Positions 1 through 12,619 of a stretch of DNA of 64,000 nucleotides are shown here, piece by piece; positions within the stretch are counted from its first letter, which is position 1; each line of letters starts with the position of its first letter. The DNA is taken from assembly GCF_009914755.1 (NCBI RefSeq), contig NC_060934.1; one strand, given 5' to 3'. The position numbers and the translations under genes were made by a program. This DNA is from the human T2T-CHM13v2.0 reference genome, Homo sapiens. The notes beneath the pieces are model-generated. The model ran no database searches and was not told the DNA's origin. It worked only from the letters and a program-made list of their open reading frames with translations.

Positions 1-75
1 AGGCTGGAGGATTGCTTGAGCTCAGGAGTTCAAGACCAGCCTGGGCAACATAATGAGACCCTGTCTGAAAACAAA
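1..75 (+). mobile_element. Alu monomer fragment (old, FLAM/AluJ-like) with A-rich tail, truncated at the window edge
   Basis: ggaggattgcttgagctcaggagttcaagaccagcctgggcaacata...gagaccctgtct matches Alu consensus. Confidence 0.8.
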
Positions 76-1290
76 GAAAAACACAATGAGATACTACTTC
101 ACATGCACATAAATGGCCATAACCAAAAAGACAAATGATAACAGTGTTGTTGAGAATTTGAAGAAATTGGAATCTTCATACATTGCTGATAGCAACGAAA
201 AATGTTCTAGGTCTTGAACTCCTGGGCTCAGGTGATCTTCTAGCCTCAGCCTCCCAGTTAGCTGGGATTGCAGGCACATGGGCTCCTTGTGATTTTGATT
301 TGCATTTCCCTATTTAATGATGATACTGAGTGTCTTTTCATGTGCTTATTGCTCATTCCTATAGCGTCTTTGGTTTAATATCTTTCCACGTCTTTTGCTC
401 ATTTTTAAATGGATTGTCTTAATATTGATTTGCAGATGTTGTTTGTATCAGGTCCCTTATTGGATATCTGCTTTGCAGATATTTTTTTCTATTCTGTGGC
501 TTGTCTTTTCACTTCATTAGCAGTGTCTTTTGAAATCACGAGTCTTTAATTTGATCAAGTTCAGTTTATCAATGTTTTTCTGTTATTGCTCATGCTTTTG
601 CTGTTGTATCTGAAGAGATTTTTGTCTAGCCCAAGGTCACGAAGATTTACTCCTGTGTTTTCATAGAAGAATTTTATAGTTTTAACTTTTACATTTAGGT
701 CATTTTTGTTTTACATTTTGAGGTCATTTTTGTTTAAAGTGTGAGATGTCCTAAATTCACCTTTTTGCATGTGGATACCCAGTTGTTTCGGTACCTTTAA
801 TTGAAAAAAACCCTTTCTACATTCTATTGCCTTGGCAATTTTGTCGAAAATTAGTTGACCATAAAAGTAAGGGTTTGTTTCTGGACTCTTAATATTTTTC
901 TATTGATTTATTTTTCCACTGGGCTATCGTTATGTCATTACCAGACTGTCTGGATGATCATATCTTTGTAATACATTTTGAAATCTGGACTGTAAGTCAT
1001 TTGACTTTGTATTTCTTTTTCAACATTGTTTTGACTATTTTGAGTCCTTTGGATTTCCATATACATTTTAGGATACAGCTTTATCGATTTTTGTAAAAAA
1101 GACAGCTGGGATTATGATTGGGATTGCATTGAATCTGTAGATTTAATTGGGGTGATGGTGGTATTGCCAGCTTGACAATATTGAGCCTTCCAATCCATGA
1201 ACATGGAATTGAGTTTTGAATGTTAAACCAAACTGGTATTCCTGTACCATTTGGTCATATATTGCTGGATTTGGTTTGCTTGTCTGTTCT
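76..1290. mobile_element. Degraded L1 (L1M-type) fragments; ~85-205 sense, ~285-1210 antisense, interrupted by a short antisense Alu piece at ~210-285
   Basis: L1 ORF2/3' phrases: gttttgatttgcatttccct, gattgggattgcattgaatctgtagat, ccttccaatccatgaacatgga. Boundaries approximate. Confidence 0.7.
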
Positions 1291-1807
1291 TATGGAGACT
1301 CTGGTAGTATCAGAGTTTAGGTCTTGGGGTGGTGAGGATGAACATTTTAACATGTTTAGTTTTAAAGTATATTTCATTGAACCTCCCTTCTTCAGTGGTC
1401 TTTGAAGAGTTTTGAGTGCAATCACCATTGAATTTCTGGCTGGCTTAGCTGTCTTATTTATAAAGTTATTTTAGGCACCAAGAAATTTCTAACTGCATAT
1501 AACTTTCAGTATTGACAATTTCTCTGATATTTCTCCTTGAACTTTCAAAACAATGTATTTCATCACTGTTGCCAAAATTTTCAAGACACATTTATCTTAG
1601 CGATTATAAAAGAATATACATATTTTAATTTTAAAACATTTGGAATTATGATTAAACATCCTCAGTTACGTGGAGTATGAAAAATGTTTTAAACTGAGTT
1701 AAACCTCTGGAACATTATATTTTAATTTCTTTAGGAAATATATTTACTCTCTAAGGAGCCCTTCATTAAATTACTGTAAAGTTACTTGTGACACCACCCA
1801 TTTAACT

Positions 1808-1935
1808 TTTTTTTTCCCCCCGCAATATAGCCGGGGTCTCACTATGTTGGCCAGGTTGTTTTGAATTCTGGACCTCAGGCAATCCTCCTCCTTCAGCTTC
1901 CCAAAGTGCTAGAATTACAGGTGTGAGTTACCACA
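1808..1935 (-). mobile_element. Alu monomer (FLAM-like)
   Basis: T-run followed by ggggtctcactatgttggccagg...cccaaagtgctagaattacaggtgtgag. Confidence 0.75.
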
Positions 1936-2742
1936 CGTGTTCACGTTTAACTTTAATATGCTGAAACTTTTTAACAACAGGAACAGATTGGTCTTTTGTT
2001 TCTTTTACCTAGAATTCAGATGTATAGAAGATAAATGTGATGTTATAAACAGATTAAATGTCTGTCTGCATTTTAGAGGTCTTAGTTGGCTTGTTTTTAT
2101 AAGACAGTGAACCATAATTTTGAGCATAATTATTTCTGAATTTTTATATTTGATAGACAAAGAATCGATGTGTTTTCAGTAATTCAGTGTTAAGCATAAA
2201 GAAGGAATGTTTTCTGTCATTGCAGTGGGTTTCTTTTTGGTTGCTTTTGAATTATTAGGTGATCATCAGAGAAATTATTTATGGAAAGAAATCTCAGGGA
2301 GATGATCTTGATACTATGAACACACGGAATATTTCCCACCTGTTGTTTATACAAGTGATCAAGTAGGTGGTGTACTATACATTGATAGAGAAATGTAGTG
2401 TCTTTGTATACAACATTTCAGATGACTTTTTTTTTTTTTTTTTGTAAACTAATTGTGGACAGTGGAAAATAACCAGTCTCATCATTAGCGTTTGAAGTTT
2501 GAAAATTTGGTTGTCGGTAAATCAAATTCTGACTAAAGATGTTAAAGGATGTTACAAGGTATCTGCTAGTGGAAGAGGGAGGCATTTTTCATTAGAAAAA
2601 TACATTACCAACCAGACAAAATAAAATTATTAATTGTTTCACAGACTGCTTAAAGACTGCATTAAATAAAAATGATCAGAACTTTAAATGTTTTATTTAT
2701 AGAAGACTATTTATTTATTTTTTTACTATCCTGCTTTTTTAG

Positions 2743-2863
2743 GTTTTACACACGCTGGAAAGATTGGGAATCATGGTATTCTCAGAGCTTTGGTTTACAT
2801 TTTTCCTTGAGAGAAGAACAATGGCAAGAAGACTGGGCATTTATACTCTCTCTTGCTAGTCAG
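2743..2863 (+). CDS. ZRANB1: ZRANB1/TRABID coding exon (OTU domain: FYTRWKDWESWYSQSFGLHFSLREEQWQEDWAFILSLASQ)
   Basis: Polypyrimidine tract with AG at 2741-2742 and GTGAG donor at 2864; 121 bp; peptide recognised as TRABID; phase continuous with the next exon. Confidence 0.95.
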
Positions 2864-4210
2864 GTGAGGATGCTTCAAGTCTTGTTGCTTCTATGAGAAA
2901 AGTAAGCATGTAGTCTAAACTGGTTTATTTGAGCAAACCATGTTGGGGGCAATGTGGTCAAAGAAAAGAATGCTTGACGTGGTATCATCAGTCAACTTGG
3001 GTTCTAGTGATGACTGCTGTGTATCAAATAAATAGCATCGCAAGTATAGATGAGCATCGCAAGTATAGATTAGCATCTCAAGTCCTCACTGCAGAGCAGG
3101 AAGAGTAACATGTGTTTTTATATCGAATGATTAAAAACATCAAAAAGTGAAAGCTGTGCTATGACGGTTACATACAGTAGATAGTCTTGGGATTGCTCTC
3201 CGTTCCTGCAGCATAGGCTTGATGCCTATGGTACCTATCCAGGTGAGCTCTGTTCTGTCTCTGGGGACACTTAAGATTACTGGTGTAGGTACTTGCATTG
3301 CTGTTGCTGATCTGTCAGGCCCTGAGGAACCAGTTGTCAATCTTCATAATGCTCCCTGTGGTGAGGCAATACCTGTGTCATGTAGGCAAAGGAAAAGGGT
3401 AGTTTAGCTTACTCTGAACTAATTACCATCAATAGGAATGATTTCTGATTAATGTGGGAATGAAGTTTTGCAAGTTTGCTAACGTCTTTTTATTAATGAA
3501 GGCTGCTTGTGACACAGAACTGTGTAGGGTTGTCCCTTAGACTCTTGGTTTCATGCTTTATTTTGTGAAGCACTTCAGTATACCAAACTGTAAAGTACAA
3601 ATATATATACAACTACTCCTTTTTTTTTGCAGAAAGCACCATGGTTCATTTGAACTTAGAGAAGGAGGTACCCGATCTTTGGGCAATTTGGGCAGGATTC
3701 ATAGTGGTTGATTTACATGAGACATGTATCTCACACCATGCATTGTAGCTCGATGATGGACCCATTTAATATTAGTATTCACGAGTTAGTTGATACTGCC
3801 ATTTACATTTGCATGAAACAGGCTCACTTATTTATTTCAGGAGGACTTTGTTGTAGGTAGTGCTTTCACAGTAACTTAACGAGAATGTGATAATAAAGCA
3901 TCCTTAGCTATCTGAATCTCTGGTTCCTGAGGTTGGAGAGTTAGTAGTGAGGGATATTTCAAAGTATGTATGCACATCTGTATAATTTGTGAGTTTGGAT
4001 GGTAAATGATATTTGCATGTAGCCTTTATAGATTTCTTTTACAGTTTTACTGGATTTATTATTTGAGGAATCAAATGCTGCTTTGACAATCTTTTCTTTC
4101 TTAAAAACCAACTGCGATAGTATACTGAAGGGGAGGTAGCATTGTTTTTTACACATCAGTTTTCCAGGAGTGGTAATAAATGTTTTAAGTTTTTGTTTTG
4201 TTTCGTACAG

Positions 4211-4340
4211 CCTGGAGCAAGCTTGGAGCAGACGCACATTTTTGTACTGGCACATATTCTTAGACGACCAATTATAGTTTATGGAGTAAAATATTACAAG
4301 AGTTTCCGGGGAGAAACTTTAGGATATACTCGGTTTCAAG
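4211..4340 (+). CDS. ZRANB1: ZRANB1 coding exon (PGASLEQTHIFVLAHILRRPIIVYGVKYYKSFRGETLGYTRFQ)
   Basis: tttcgtacag acceptor and GTAAG donor at 4341; A20-family OTU motif HIFVLAHILRRPIIV; 130 bp. Confidence 0.96.
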
Positions 4341-4494
4341 GTAAGCCATTATTCAGGAACGTTTTACAAGTTTCTTTGAACGGAATGGCTCAGATGTCAG
4401 GAAGGAGCAGTGGACAGGGGAATGTGAACAAGGGCAGTGAGGGAGTGGCTCTTTCTTCCTGTGACTGTTGGGATTTTCTTCCCTCTCTTTCCAG

Positions 4495-4724
4495 GTGTTT
4501 ATCTGCCTTTGTTGTGGGAACAGAGTTTTTGTTGGAAAAGTCCGATTGCTCTGGGTTATACGAGGGGCCACTTCTCTGCTTTGGTTGCCATGGAAAATGA
4601 TGGCTATGGCAACCGAGGTGCTGGTGCTAATCTCAATACCGATGATGATGTCACCATCACATTTTTGCCTCTGGTTGACAGTGAAAGGAAGCTACTCCAT
4701 GTGCACTTCCTTTCTGCTCAGGAG
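4495..4724 (+). CDS. ZRANB1: ZRANB1 coding exon containing the OTU catalytic His (YTRGHFSAL, His codon 4569-4571)
   Basis: ctctttccag acceptor and GTAAG donor at 4725; 230 bp restores phase 0; GVYLPLLW...SPIALGYTRGHFSALV is typical of A20/TRABID OTUs. Confidence 0.96.
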
Positions 4725-5809
4725 GTAAGCAGTTTCTCCTATGAACTATTTCTAGTAGTGACCTTGTACCAGAAACAGCCTGAAGTGCCTTTCAGGTGTG
4801 GTTTTATCTGCACTATCACTTAATTTCTGAATGTGATGGTAGTAATTGCTGAAGGTACTAGCTATACTTTGAAATTTACCTTTTCAAAACTGCTGTATGG
4901 GGACACATCAAGGAACTTAAGGTGGTGACGGGTTTTCAGAAGAAAAAGTAAAGATGAGGTTTGTGATTTAAATATGGCATTTTAGGGAATGAGAAGTGAG
5001 TTTTTATCTGAAAGCAGAGTTCCAAGAATTGCAAGGCCAGTGTGGTTTAAGAGGGGAAGCAACAGGGAAAGAGAGAGGGTAGGCGGCAGGGGGAGGGAGG
5101 AAGGGAGAAGAGGTCAGAGAGGATAGGGATGGGGTGGAGTTCATTGAAGGCTTTTTAAAGCTTTGGGTTTTACTCTGGATAACGTGGTAAACCAATGGCC
5201 AGTTTACCCAGAAGAGGAACATTTGGGGTCTGGTGCATGGCAGGAACAGGAACACCAGGTATTGTAGATGAAGGGGAGTGAAAGGGTGCTGTAGACCAGA
5301 CAGGGGAGGTGGTGAGAAGGTACAAAAACAACGCTCTTTCAGAAAGCCAGTATTCTTATAAAAGTATTGGTCTTTTATTTAATATACTAGTAATTATAAA
5401 ACGTTTATAATCACAACATGAAGAAAAAAAGTTCATAGACCGTAACTTGTGTAATTTCAGCTTGTACATAATTGACTAAGTAAACTTACCTTGTCATGTG
5501 TTTGAAGCTGTGGCTTGCCAGGATCAGTTTATTAGGACATTTGTTTTTTATTTTATCTAACAAATTACCCTCTAGTGTGCTCCTCTTTAGTTTTTTTCTG
5601 AGAAATTTCCCATTTATGTCTTTTTAAATTTAACCAGAGCAAACTGGACTTTAATCACAAAACTTCCAAGAGGTCAAAACCATGTGAAAAGTTGATTGCT
5701 TTGGCCTTTTCATGAGTTAGCATACCAGCTGTAGGTTTCCATGTCACATTCCTACCAAGTCTCTGATCTGTTGTATGATTTTCCCTTTGTCTTCATATTC
5801 CTCCAAAAG

Positions 5810-6028
5810 CTAGGTAATGAGGAACAGCAAGAAAAACTGCTCAGGGAGTGGCTGGACTGCTGTGTGACGGAGGGGGGAGTTCTGGTTGCCATGCAGAAGA
5901 GTTCTCGGCGGCGAAATCACCCCCTGGTCACTCAGATGGTAGAAAAATGGCTTGACCGCTACCGACAGATCCGGCCGTGTACATCCCTGTCTGATGGAGA
6001 GGAAGATGAGGATGATGAAGATGAATGA
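5810..6028 (+). CDS. ZRANB1: ZRANB1 last coding exon (LGNEEQQEKLLREW...DGEEDEDDEDE*)
   Basis: ctccaaaag acceptor (AG 5808-5809), TGA at 6026-6028, acidic C-terminal tail. Confidence 0.95.
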   Translation, partial: LGNEEQQEKLLREWLDCCVTEGGVLVAMQKSSRRRNHPLVTQMVEKWLDRYRQIRPCTSLSDGEEDEDDEDE

Positions 6029-7307
6029 AAAAAAAAATCAAACAGCAGAAGACCAAGGCATCAGATCTGTAATGACCCTAAAGTTAGTGTGGTGCTCCAA
6101 GCAGAGTCGACATCATGGAATGAACCAAATCTGGCAGGATCTGCTCGGGGAAGTGTTTTCCTGGACCACACACACCTTATGGAGATAATGCCTCTGCTGC
6201 GTGAGGAGACAGAGAACTTTAGTTGGACTACAGTTTGTAAAAAAAACTAATTTTATTAAGACAGAACTTTTTTTCCTTCCAAATTGTAAATCTGTCTATA
6301 AATGTAACGCATGTGGTTGTGTAAGACATTGTTTAATAGGAAAAGTTGTACCAGCATCTTCATATTATTGAGAAAATTTTTTCCAGCATGGGCACTTAGA
6401 AAAAGCACATGGCAAATGGCTCTTTGTTCCTTTCAGATATTATTTCAGTAGAACCTGGCATTCTCCTTTCACCTTAAAAGATCCATCTAAGTCTCAGATC
6501 TGGAAACGTTTTGTACCGATTATCCACAGCAAAACAAAAATAAGCTTTTATTTTATTAATAATTTCGTTCCTCTTGTGCCCAATCAAATCTTTTAGGAAC
6601 AAACTGCAAGAAAAGCTAAGAATGTTTTAGAGTGAACTAAATACAGACATTGCTTACTTGTTTTGAAGAGGGTTTTGGTTTTGGTTATTGTGTCTTTTAA
6701 GTTTTCTGATATGCCCCCTTTCAATATTTAGATATTTATTTGTTGGGAAGAATACCTTAAAATGAGGGTTCTTATTCCAGATTCTGGGCAGTGGTCTGTG
6801 AGTAGTTTTTTTCCTGGATGAAAAGGGAGCAAGCCCACTTGTCACTAAATGAATTGTGTGAAATGTGCTCACTTGGACTCCATCAACAATGTGCTGCTCC
6901 CAGATTGCCATGCCAGAGGGTCTTCGGATTCTTCCTTCTATCACCTCTGCTCTAAGCAAATCTTGTTAGAAGGGCATGCCTTTGCTTAGGCAGATTGGGA
7001 ATACCAATTCACTACAGAATAAAGATTTTAAAAATGCAATAAGGTGGCAAATGCATTGTATGAAGAATTTCTCAGTGTTTAGTCTGAGAATTTTTGCATG
7101 TTGGTTAATTGTGGCCATTCTTTAATTTAAAGTTAAAACTATAATCTTAGGTAGAAAAACTTTTTTATAAGAAGTATTATTTGACCACTTCAGGTATACA
7201 TTCAATACTGGGTAAAAATTTCAGACCTATCTCAGGAACACAGAAATATTTGGTGTCCTGATAAGCACTTTCTAGACTATTGATGTGGCCAGGAATTTGG
7301 AAAGACG

Positions 7308-7334
7308 ACACACGCACGCACACACACACACACA
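7308..7334. repeat. (CA)n/(CACG) microsatellite in ZRANB1 3' UTR
   Basis: acacacgcacgcacacacacacacaca seen directly. Confidence 0.9.
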
Positions 7335-8378
7335 GTTTTTTCCTTCCCTGTGATGAAAAAGGCTGTGAAAACCTTAAAGTATTTGCTTGCTTCTTGTTTT
7401 GTTTAGTTGATAATGAAATGTGTACAACCTCAAATTTGCTGCCAGAATACTAAAAATAGAAAAATACCCACAAAACTGTCATGTCTTTAGTTCTTTCCCC
7501 CCGAAAACTCAGTAAAAAGGTGTTCCCAGGATGAAAAGATCATTTTTTGCTGCATGCTAAATCTTGCAGGAAAAATGATTTTTTAGTACGATTCTGTAGA
7601 AATGAATCTTTGATATAATGTAAATGCTGCTGTTTGTTTCAAGTGGTGAATGTGTTGTTAAAAATTGGCTGTTTGCTTTCATTTTGGCCAATAAGTAATC
7701 AAGTTTGTAGAAAATGTTAGCATTCTGACTACTTAGCATCTGTAGTAATTTCTCTATGTATAGGGATAATTTTTTAGTGGGCAGAGATCCTGTTCTAGTT
7801 GCCTGTTAAGCAAAATCTGCCCTCCCAATTGAAAAAGCCAAAGAGAATTGTTAGAGGGAAAAGCATGTAGCCATTGCAGTCTGCATTGCAGCCAGCGTTG
7901 TCCAGAGAGTACACGCTCAGCACTTAGCTTCTACTGTGTGTTGTGGTCTGGTGAGTGTTGTTTCCCCTGAGCGCTCTATTATTTATTTATTTATTATCAA
8001 TCAGTGACCCTGACCACATAGTGTGATAGGTGCAGCATTCTTCCCTGTGGGAAAGAATTAAAGATGGTTCCATTTCCTAGGCTACAGAGAGGAATGGGGC
8101 TCTAAATGGTTTTCATAGACTGGCTGTTAAAGGCCAAAAATTTTGGTAAATCAATGCTATATTATGCTCTTGAACTATTAAAACAGCCATAATTATTGTC
8201 CCAAGATAGATAGAATATAGTCCTTTTTCAAAGATGATTATACGTGGCTAGGTGACAGACATTAATGACTGACTCTGGAGAGTAAGTCATACCTGCACTC
8301 TGTGGACTTGATGGTTCTTTTTCTAGAGCAAACAGAGCGTGGCATTTTGTTTTGACTTGTTCTTCCTTGGGGTCAAAT

Positions 8379-8397
8379 TTATATATATATATATATA
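8379..8397. repeat. (TA)n microsatellite
   Basis: tatatatatatatatata seen directly. Confidence 0.9.
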
Positions 8398-8869
8398 AAT
8401 TTTTGTTTGGGCGACCAAGATCTAATAATTAAAACCCAGGTGGACCATGGATTCAGACCTGCCTTTTTATGTTTTTGACTCTTAGGTTCATCGTGTCCCA
8501 GACTTCTTCACATATTCGTGAAGGTAAGATATTCTGTGTGCGCTTGGCCTCCTTTTCACGCATATTTCATTGCCTCTTTGATGAGTGGTTACGAAGACGT
8601 TAAACTACCTTTTTGTTCCCTGGGGTAATAGGTCAGTAACTATGAGCGCCGTCTCTCTCCATGTGAGCTTGTGTTAATAGACACTTTTATGGTAGAGTTG
8701 GGATGGGGCCACCACCTTAAAATGAGTGAGCAGACAAGGCCAGGCAAGCCAAAGGCTTTAAGACACCATGATTTTCTTGTTTTGTTTTAATTGGGAAGGG
8801 AAGTATAAGGAAGAGCTCAGAGGGAGTTTCATACCTGGAATTGTTGGACTTAATTGACACTTGCAAATA

Positions 8870-10536
8870 CTTTTAGTATAAAGGTTTAATTCTATTTAAA
8901 AAGAAGATCCATTAAATCAAGCTCTTAACTCATGGGACTATTTGCAACACTTCTTTGTAAATATCATTTTGTTTGTTAGGTTATTGGCAAAACAGTTTCA
9001 AGGTTCACTTCCCTCCCTTGAACCAGGTCCAGGTCATTTTGCTTTGGGGTAGATTAAAGTCAGAACTCTAAAAGTTGAGCAACTTTGTTTTTTTTTTGAA
9101 TTGATTTAGCACTAACCCACCATTGCATCTTAAGGATGGCATGACGTGATAATGATGGACTTGTGTGAGGTTTTGATTTTTCAATTAAACTTTTTGTTAT
9201 CACAGGTAATTAATTGTCAGCGGTCTTGAGTCTGGTTATGGAACCCTGTAGTAACAAGAGCTGGAAATTGGCTAATTGACAATGCAACTGCCTTAAACAT
9301 CTCAAGTAGAGAACATTTACATTAGTGAGATGTACTTGAATTTCAGAACTTAACAAATTTTAATTACTTTTTATTGAAAACTGCACTGAACGCTAAATGT
9401 CCACCTTTACAATAAACAAATACAGTAACGGTAACTCACACTAAAACAAAACATACTTCTGATAGCCATTATTTTTCTGTTTGGGACAATTTTAAAGTTT
9501 TTCTTTTGTCACAAAAACAGGAATGTACCTATACAAAGGCTCAAAATAGGCCATCTTTTTAAACAAAAAGGCAATGATTCACAAAAGACTATGAATAGAA
9601 CATGTAACTAGTTGATACAAATCTAATAGGATTTGTTAAAATCAGTCACATCTAATACATCTGAAGTGTTCTTGTATAAAATATCACGTGAAGAAAAGAA
9701 GACTTTATCAATGTCTAAAAAAGTGGGTTTGTTCATAGACAATCTGACAAGTTACCATAAAAAGTGTTTCCTGAGACATAAGGAAATGCAACATTATTCT
9801 TCTTGAACCCTTTTAGCTCAAGACTTTCCACTCAATAAAATAGCAGAGGATCTGAAACTGAGAAAATATATTTGAGTACAAACAGCTTGTGAAACTTAAT
9901 ACTTTTTTTTTTTTTTTGCATCATCAGAGGGTTTTACTGAACTTACAACCGACTTGCCCGCTCAGTATGCAGTTCAGATGTGAGAGGCGCTTCTCTGTAC
10001 AGCAGCCTGTACTGTCTTCAATCCTATGCGTGCAGGTGTCTACCACAGGCAAACAGTTTTCTCCCCATTTTGTAGTAATGTGATTTTCCTATTAGCAAAA
10101 AGAGGTCACCAGCCCCTGTAGACTTAAGGGACTCAAGTCACAGGATGGGGATTTCCTCTTAATATTTTTTATTTTGTTGTTTGAACTCTTGATGCAACAT
10201 TGTAGAGCAGGGTGTTCAGGACCTGCTGTGCCCAAGGGACTGATAAAGGAAAAAGCTCTATTTATTCTTTTTGTGATTTGATGCACAGATGAAAAACTTA
10301 ACACACAATAACAGAAGTTGGTCGTTAATAAATCACATCCTAGTCTTTCAGCGCTTCCGTAAGCAGACGACATCTTCAGTTTTCTAGCTCTTGTAGTTTC
10401 AACACTGCAACATCAATGATGCATATGTCCAGAATCAGTTACAAAGACCATCCGATTCTTTTTCTCTTAGTTCATCTATTTTTCACTGTCTCTTGGTCCC
10501 AAGTGTATCTGAGTGATTACCTTCTGGCATTCTCTG
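8870..10536 (-). other. CTBP2: CTBP2 3' UTR (distal end approximate; several polyA signals)
   Basis: Follows TAG at 10539-10537. Minus-strand AATAAA at 10261-10266, 10168-10173 and 9370-9375; ATTAAA at 8885-8890. Confidence 0.7.
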
Positions 10537-10717
10537 CTATTGCTCGTTGGGGTGCTCTCGATTGTCCCCGTGTTTTGTGGGCTGGTTGGGAGAGGGCGCT
10601 TGGGAAGGATGTGCCACTGTCGGGAGGTTGTGAGTCACTGGGATGCCTCCAGGGATGATCCCTTCCATGGCTGCAGGAAGTCCTCCTGGAGCCACACCCA
10701 CGATGCCTGGCGGATAT
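10537..10717 (-). CDS. CTBP2: CTBP2 last coding exon (YPPGIVGVAPGGLPAAMEG...HGDNREHPNEQ*)
   Basis: Acceptor gtgttccttag (AG at 10719-10718), TAG stop; recognised CtBP2 C-terminus. Confidence 0.96.
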
Positions 10718-10844
10718 CTAAGGAACACACAGAAATAGGGCCTTGTAAGTTCAGGGCAGAGTTGCCAAGCTCTTGGCTCTTCTACTTCTGGCCTTTTCAT
10801 AAGAGACAGGAGCCCAGTGACATGAACATGGCTCACCTTGACCG

Positions 10845-11058
10845 ACCTTCTGGGCTCAAGTGATCCCACCTCAGACACCCAAGTAGTGGCGACCACAGGC
10901 ATGAGCCACCACGCCTAGCTAGTTTTTGTATTTTTTTGTAGAGATGCGGTTTTGCCAGACTGCCCAGGCTGGTCTCAAACTCTTGAGCTCAAGTGATGCC
11001 CCATCATAGGCCTCCCAGAGTCCTGGGAGTACAGGCGAGAGACACCAGGCCTGGCTAA
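10845..11058 (-). mobile_element. Partial old Alu (AluJ-like)
   Basis: gggctcaagtgatcccacctcag...tttttgtattttttgtagagatg...ctggtctcaaactcttgagctcaag. Confidence 0.8.
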
Positions 11059-11061
11059 TAG

Positions 11062-11361
11062 TTTTTTTTTTTTTTTTTGAGATGGAGTCTCACTCTGTCG
11101 CCAGTCTGGAGTGCAGTGGCGTGAGCAATCTCAGCCCACTGCAACCTCTGCCTCCTGGGTTAAAGTGATTCTCCTGCCTCAGCCTCCCAAGTAGCTGGGA
11201 CTACAGGTGTGCGCTACCACACCCGGCTAATTTTTATATTTTTAGTAGAGACGGGGTTTCACCACGTTGGCCAGGATGGTCTCAATCTCCCGACCTCGTG
11301 ATCCGCCCGCCTCAGCCTCCCAAAGTGCTGGGATTACAGGCGTGAGCCACCATGCCCGGCC
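11062..11361 (-). mobile_element. Full-length Alu (AluS-like) inserted next to the older Alu
   Basis: Poly-T, both arms, ends cccggcc; imperfect TSD ctggctaa(t/c)a on both flanks. Confidence 0.92.
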
Positions 11362-11644
11362 CTGGCTAACAATTTTTATGGGATAGTTTATCTTCCCTAT
11401 CCCCAAAGCAAGGAGAAGTCTCAATTTTTATATAAAACACTGGCAACTAATTCATAAAAACAAAACTAGTCCAATCCAAACACGGGGCCACTAATTTTGT
11501 AGCTTTTAGATAAGAAGATATTAGCCCATACTATTTATGAATGTGGATACATTATACTATTTAAAAAAACCCACTTTGTACAAAATGGACTCCCAACTGT
11601 TCACCAGTTACTTCTGACTGATAAAATGATTTCCCAACAGAGTA

Positions 11645-12010
11645 CAATGGACCCTTAGGGACTCAATGTTTGTCTCCCTCCATCCCCCTAATTCCAGTTC
11701 AAATCCCACACCTTAAAGGTGATGACCTTAAGAGGTAGAGCCCTTGGGAAGTGACTGGGTGAGGAAATGACTGGGTCATGAATGGGATCAGTGCCTTTAC
11801 ACAAGGGAGTCTAGTCAGTGCTCTGGCCCTCTCTCTGCCATATGAGGATGTGGGAAGAAGCTGACGGTCTGCTGCCTGGCCGTCACCAGAACCTGACCAT
11901 GCTGGCAGCCTCATCTCAGACTTCCAGCCTCCAGAACTGCGAGCAAGGCATTTCTTTACAAGCCACCCAGTCTATGCTACTCAATTATGGCAGCCAGAAC
12001 TCACTAAGCT
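11645..12010 (+). mobile_element. MaLR LTR (MST/MLT1-type)
   Basis: catgaatgggatcagtgccttt...gacttccagcctccagaactg...aagccacccagtctatg...ttatggcagcc...actaag. Confidence 0.75.
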
Positions 12011-12619
12011 TTCTAGGCTGGTTGGCTATATACTCCCATGGCCTGAGATGGGAAGTGGTATGCTTGCTGGCTGTTGGCTGGGGGCCCGCCTTCCTCGGAA
12101 CGCCCAGGCTCGGGCTGGTTTTATATTGCAAGCACGAAGTGCTGTGTGAGGACACACTGCATTCGCCAACCACAGAACATAGGGTCCTCGGGCAAAGTGG
12201 GACTCAGTGTATTCACACAGACTTATCATCCATCCAGGTAGAGGAGGAGGCATCTCACTATGGTAGCCACCCCACCCCCAGCTCCTGGCCTGCCATCCTG
12301 TCACCAAGACCTTCAGAAGGACTCTGGTCATTAGGGTCCCTTCCTCAGTGCACACATACTGTTCTAGGGGGCCTAAGAGCCCCAGCTTACGTGAAGGATA
12401 AATAACAATGGAGACATGGAAGAGGTGGGCCCCCAGCTCCACCCAACAGGGGAATCTGGTGCTGTGATAGGCTCAAAATACTTTTGAGGGCCAAAAGGAC
12501 GGGGCTGGATGAAATGTGAAGACAGCCATGTGACCTGCAAGCACCGGCATAGCTTCTTCAAGAGTGTCAGAGCCTTCATTACACAAACTAAATGCACCCT
12601 GGTCGTCACTGTGGCTACA

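Larger units (their letters stand above)
6029..8455 (+). other. ZRANB1: ZRANB1 3' UTR (end approximate)
   Basis: Repeat-poor AU-rich sequence after the stop. Candidate polyA signals: AATAAA 7018-7023, ATTAAA 8057-8062 and 8428-8433 (followed by a U/GU-rich stretch), ATTAAA 8911-8916. ARE-like ATTTATTTATTTA at 7981-7993. Confidence 0.65.

Noticed and set aside
6029-6038. A-run immediately after the ZRANB1 stop as a processed-pseudogene tail
   Set aside because: The gene retains introns; the run is genomic and only an internal-priming risk.
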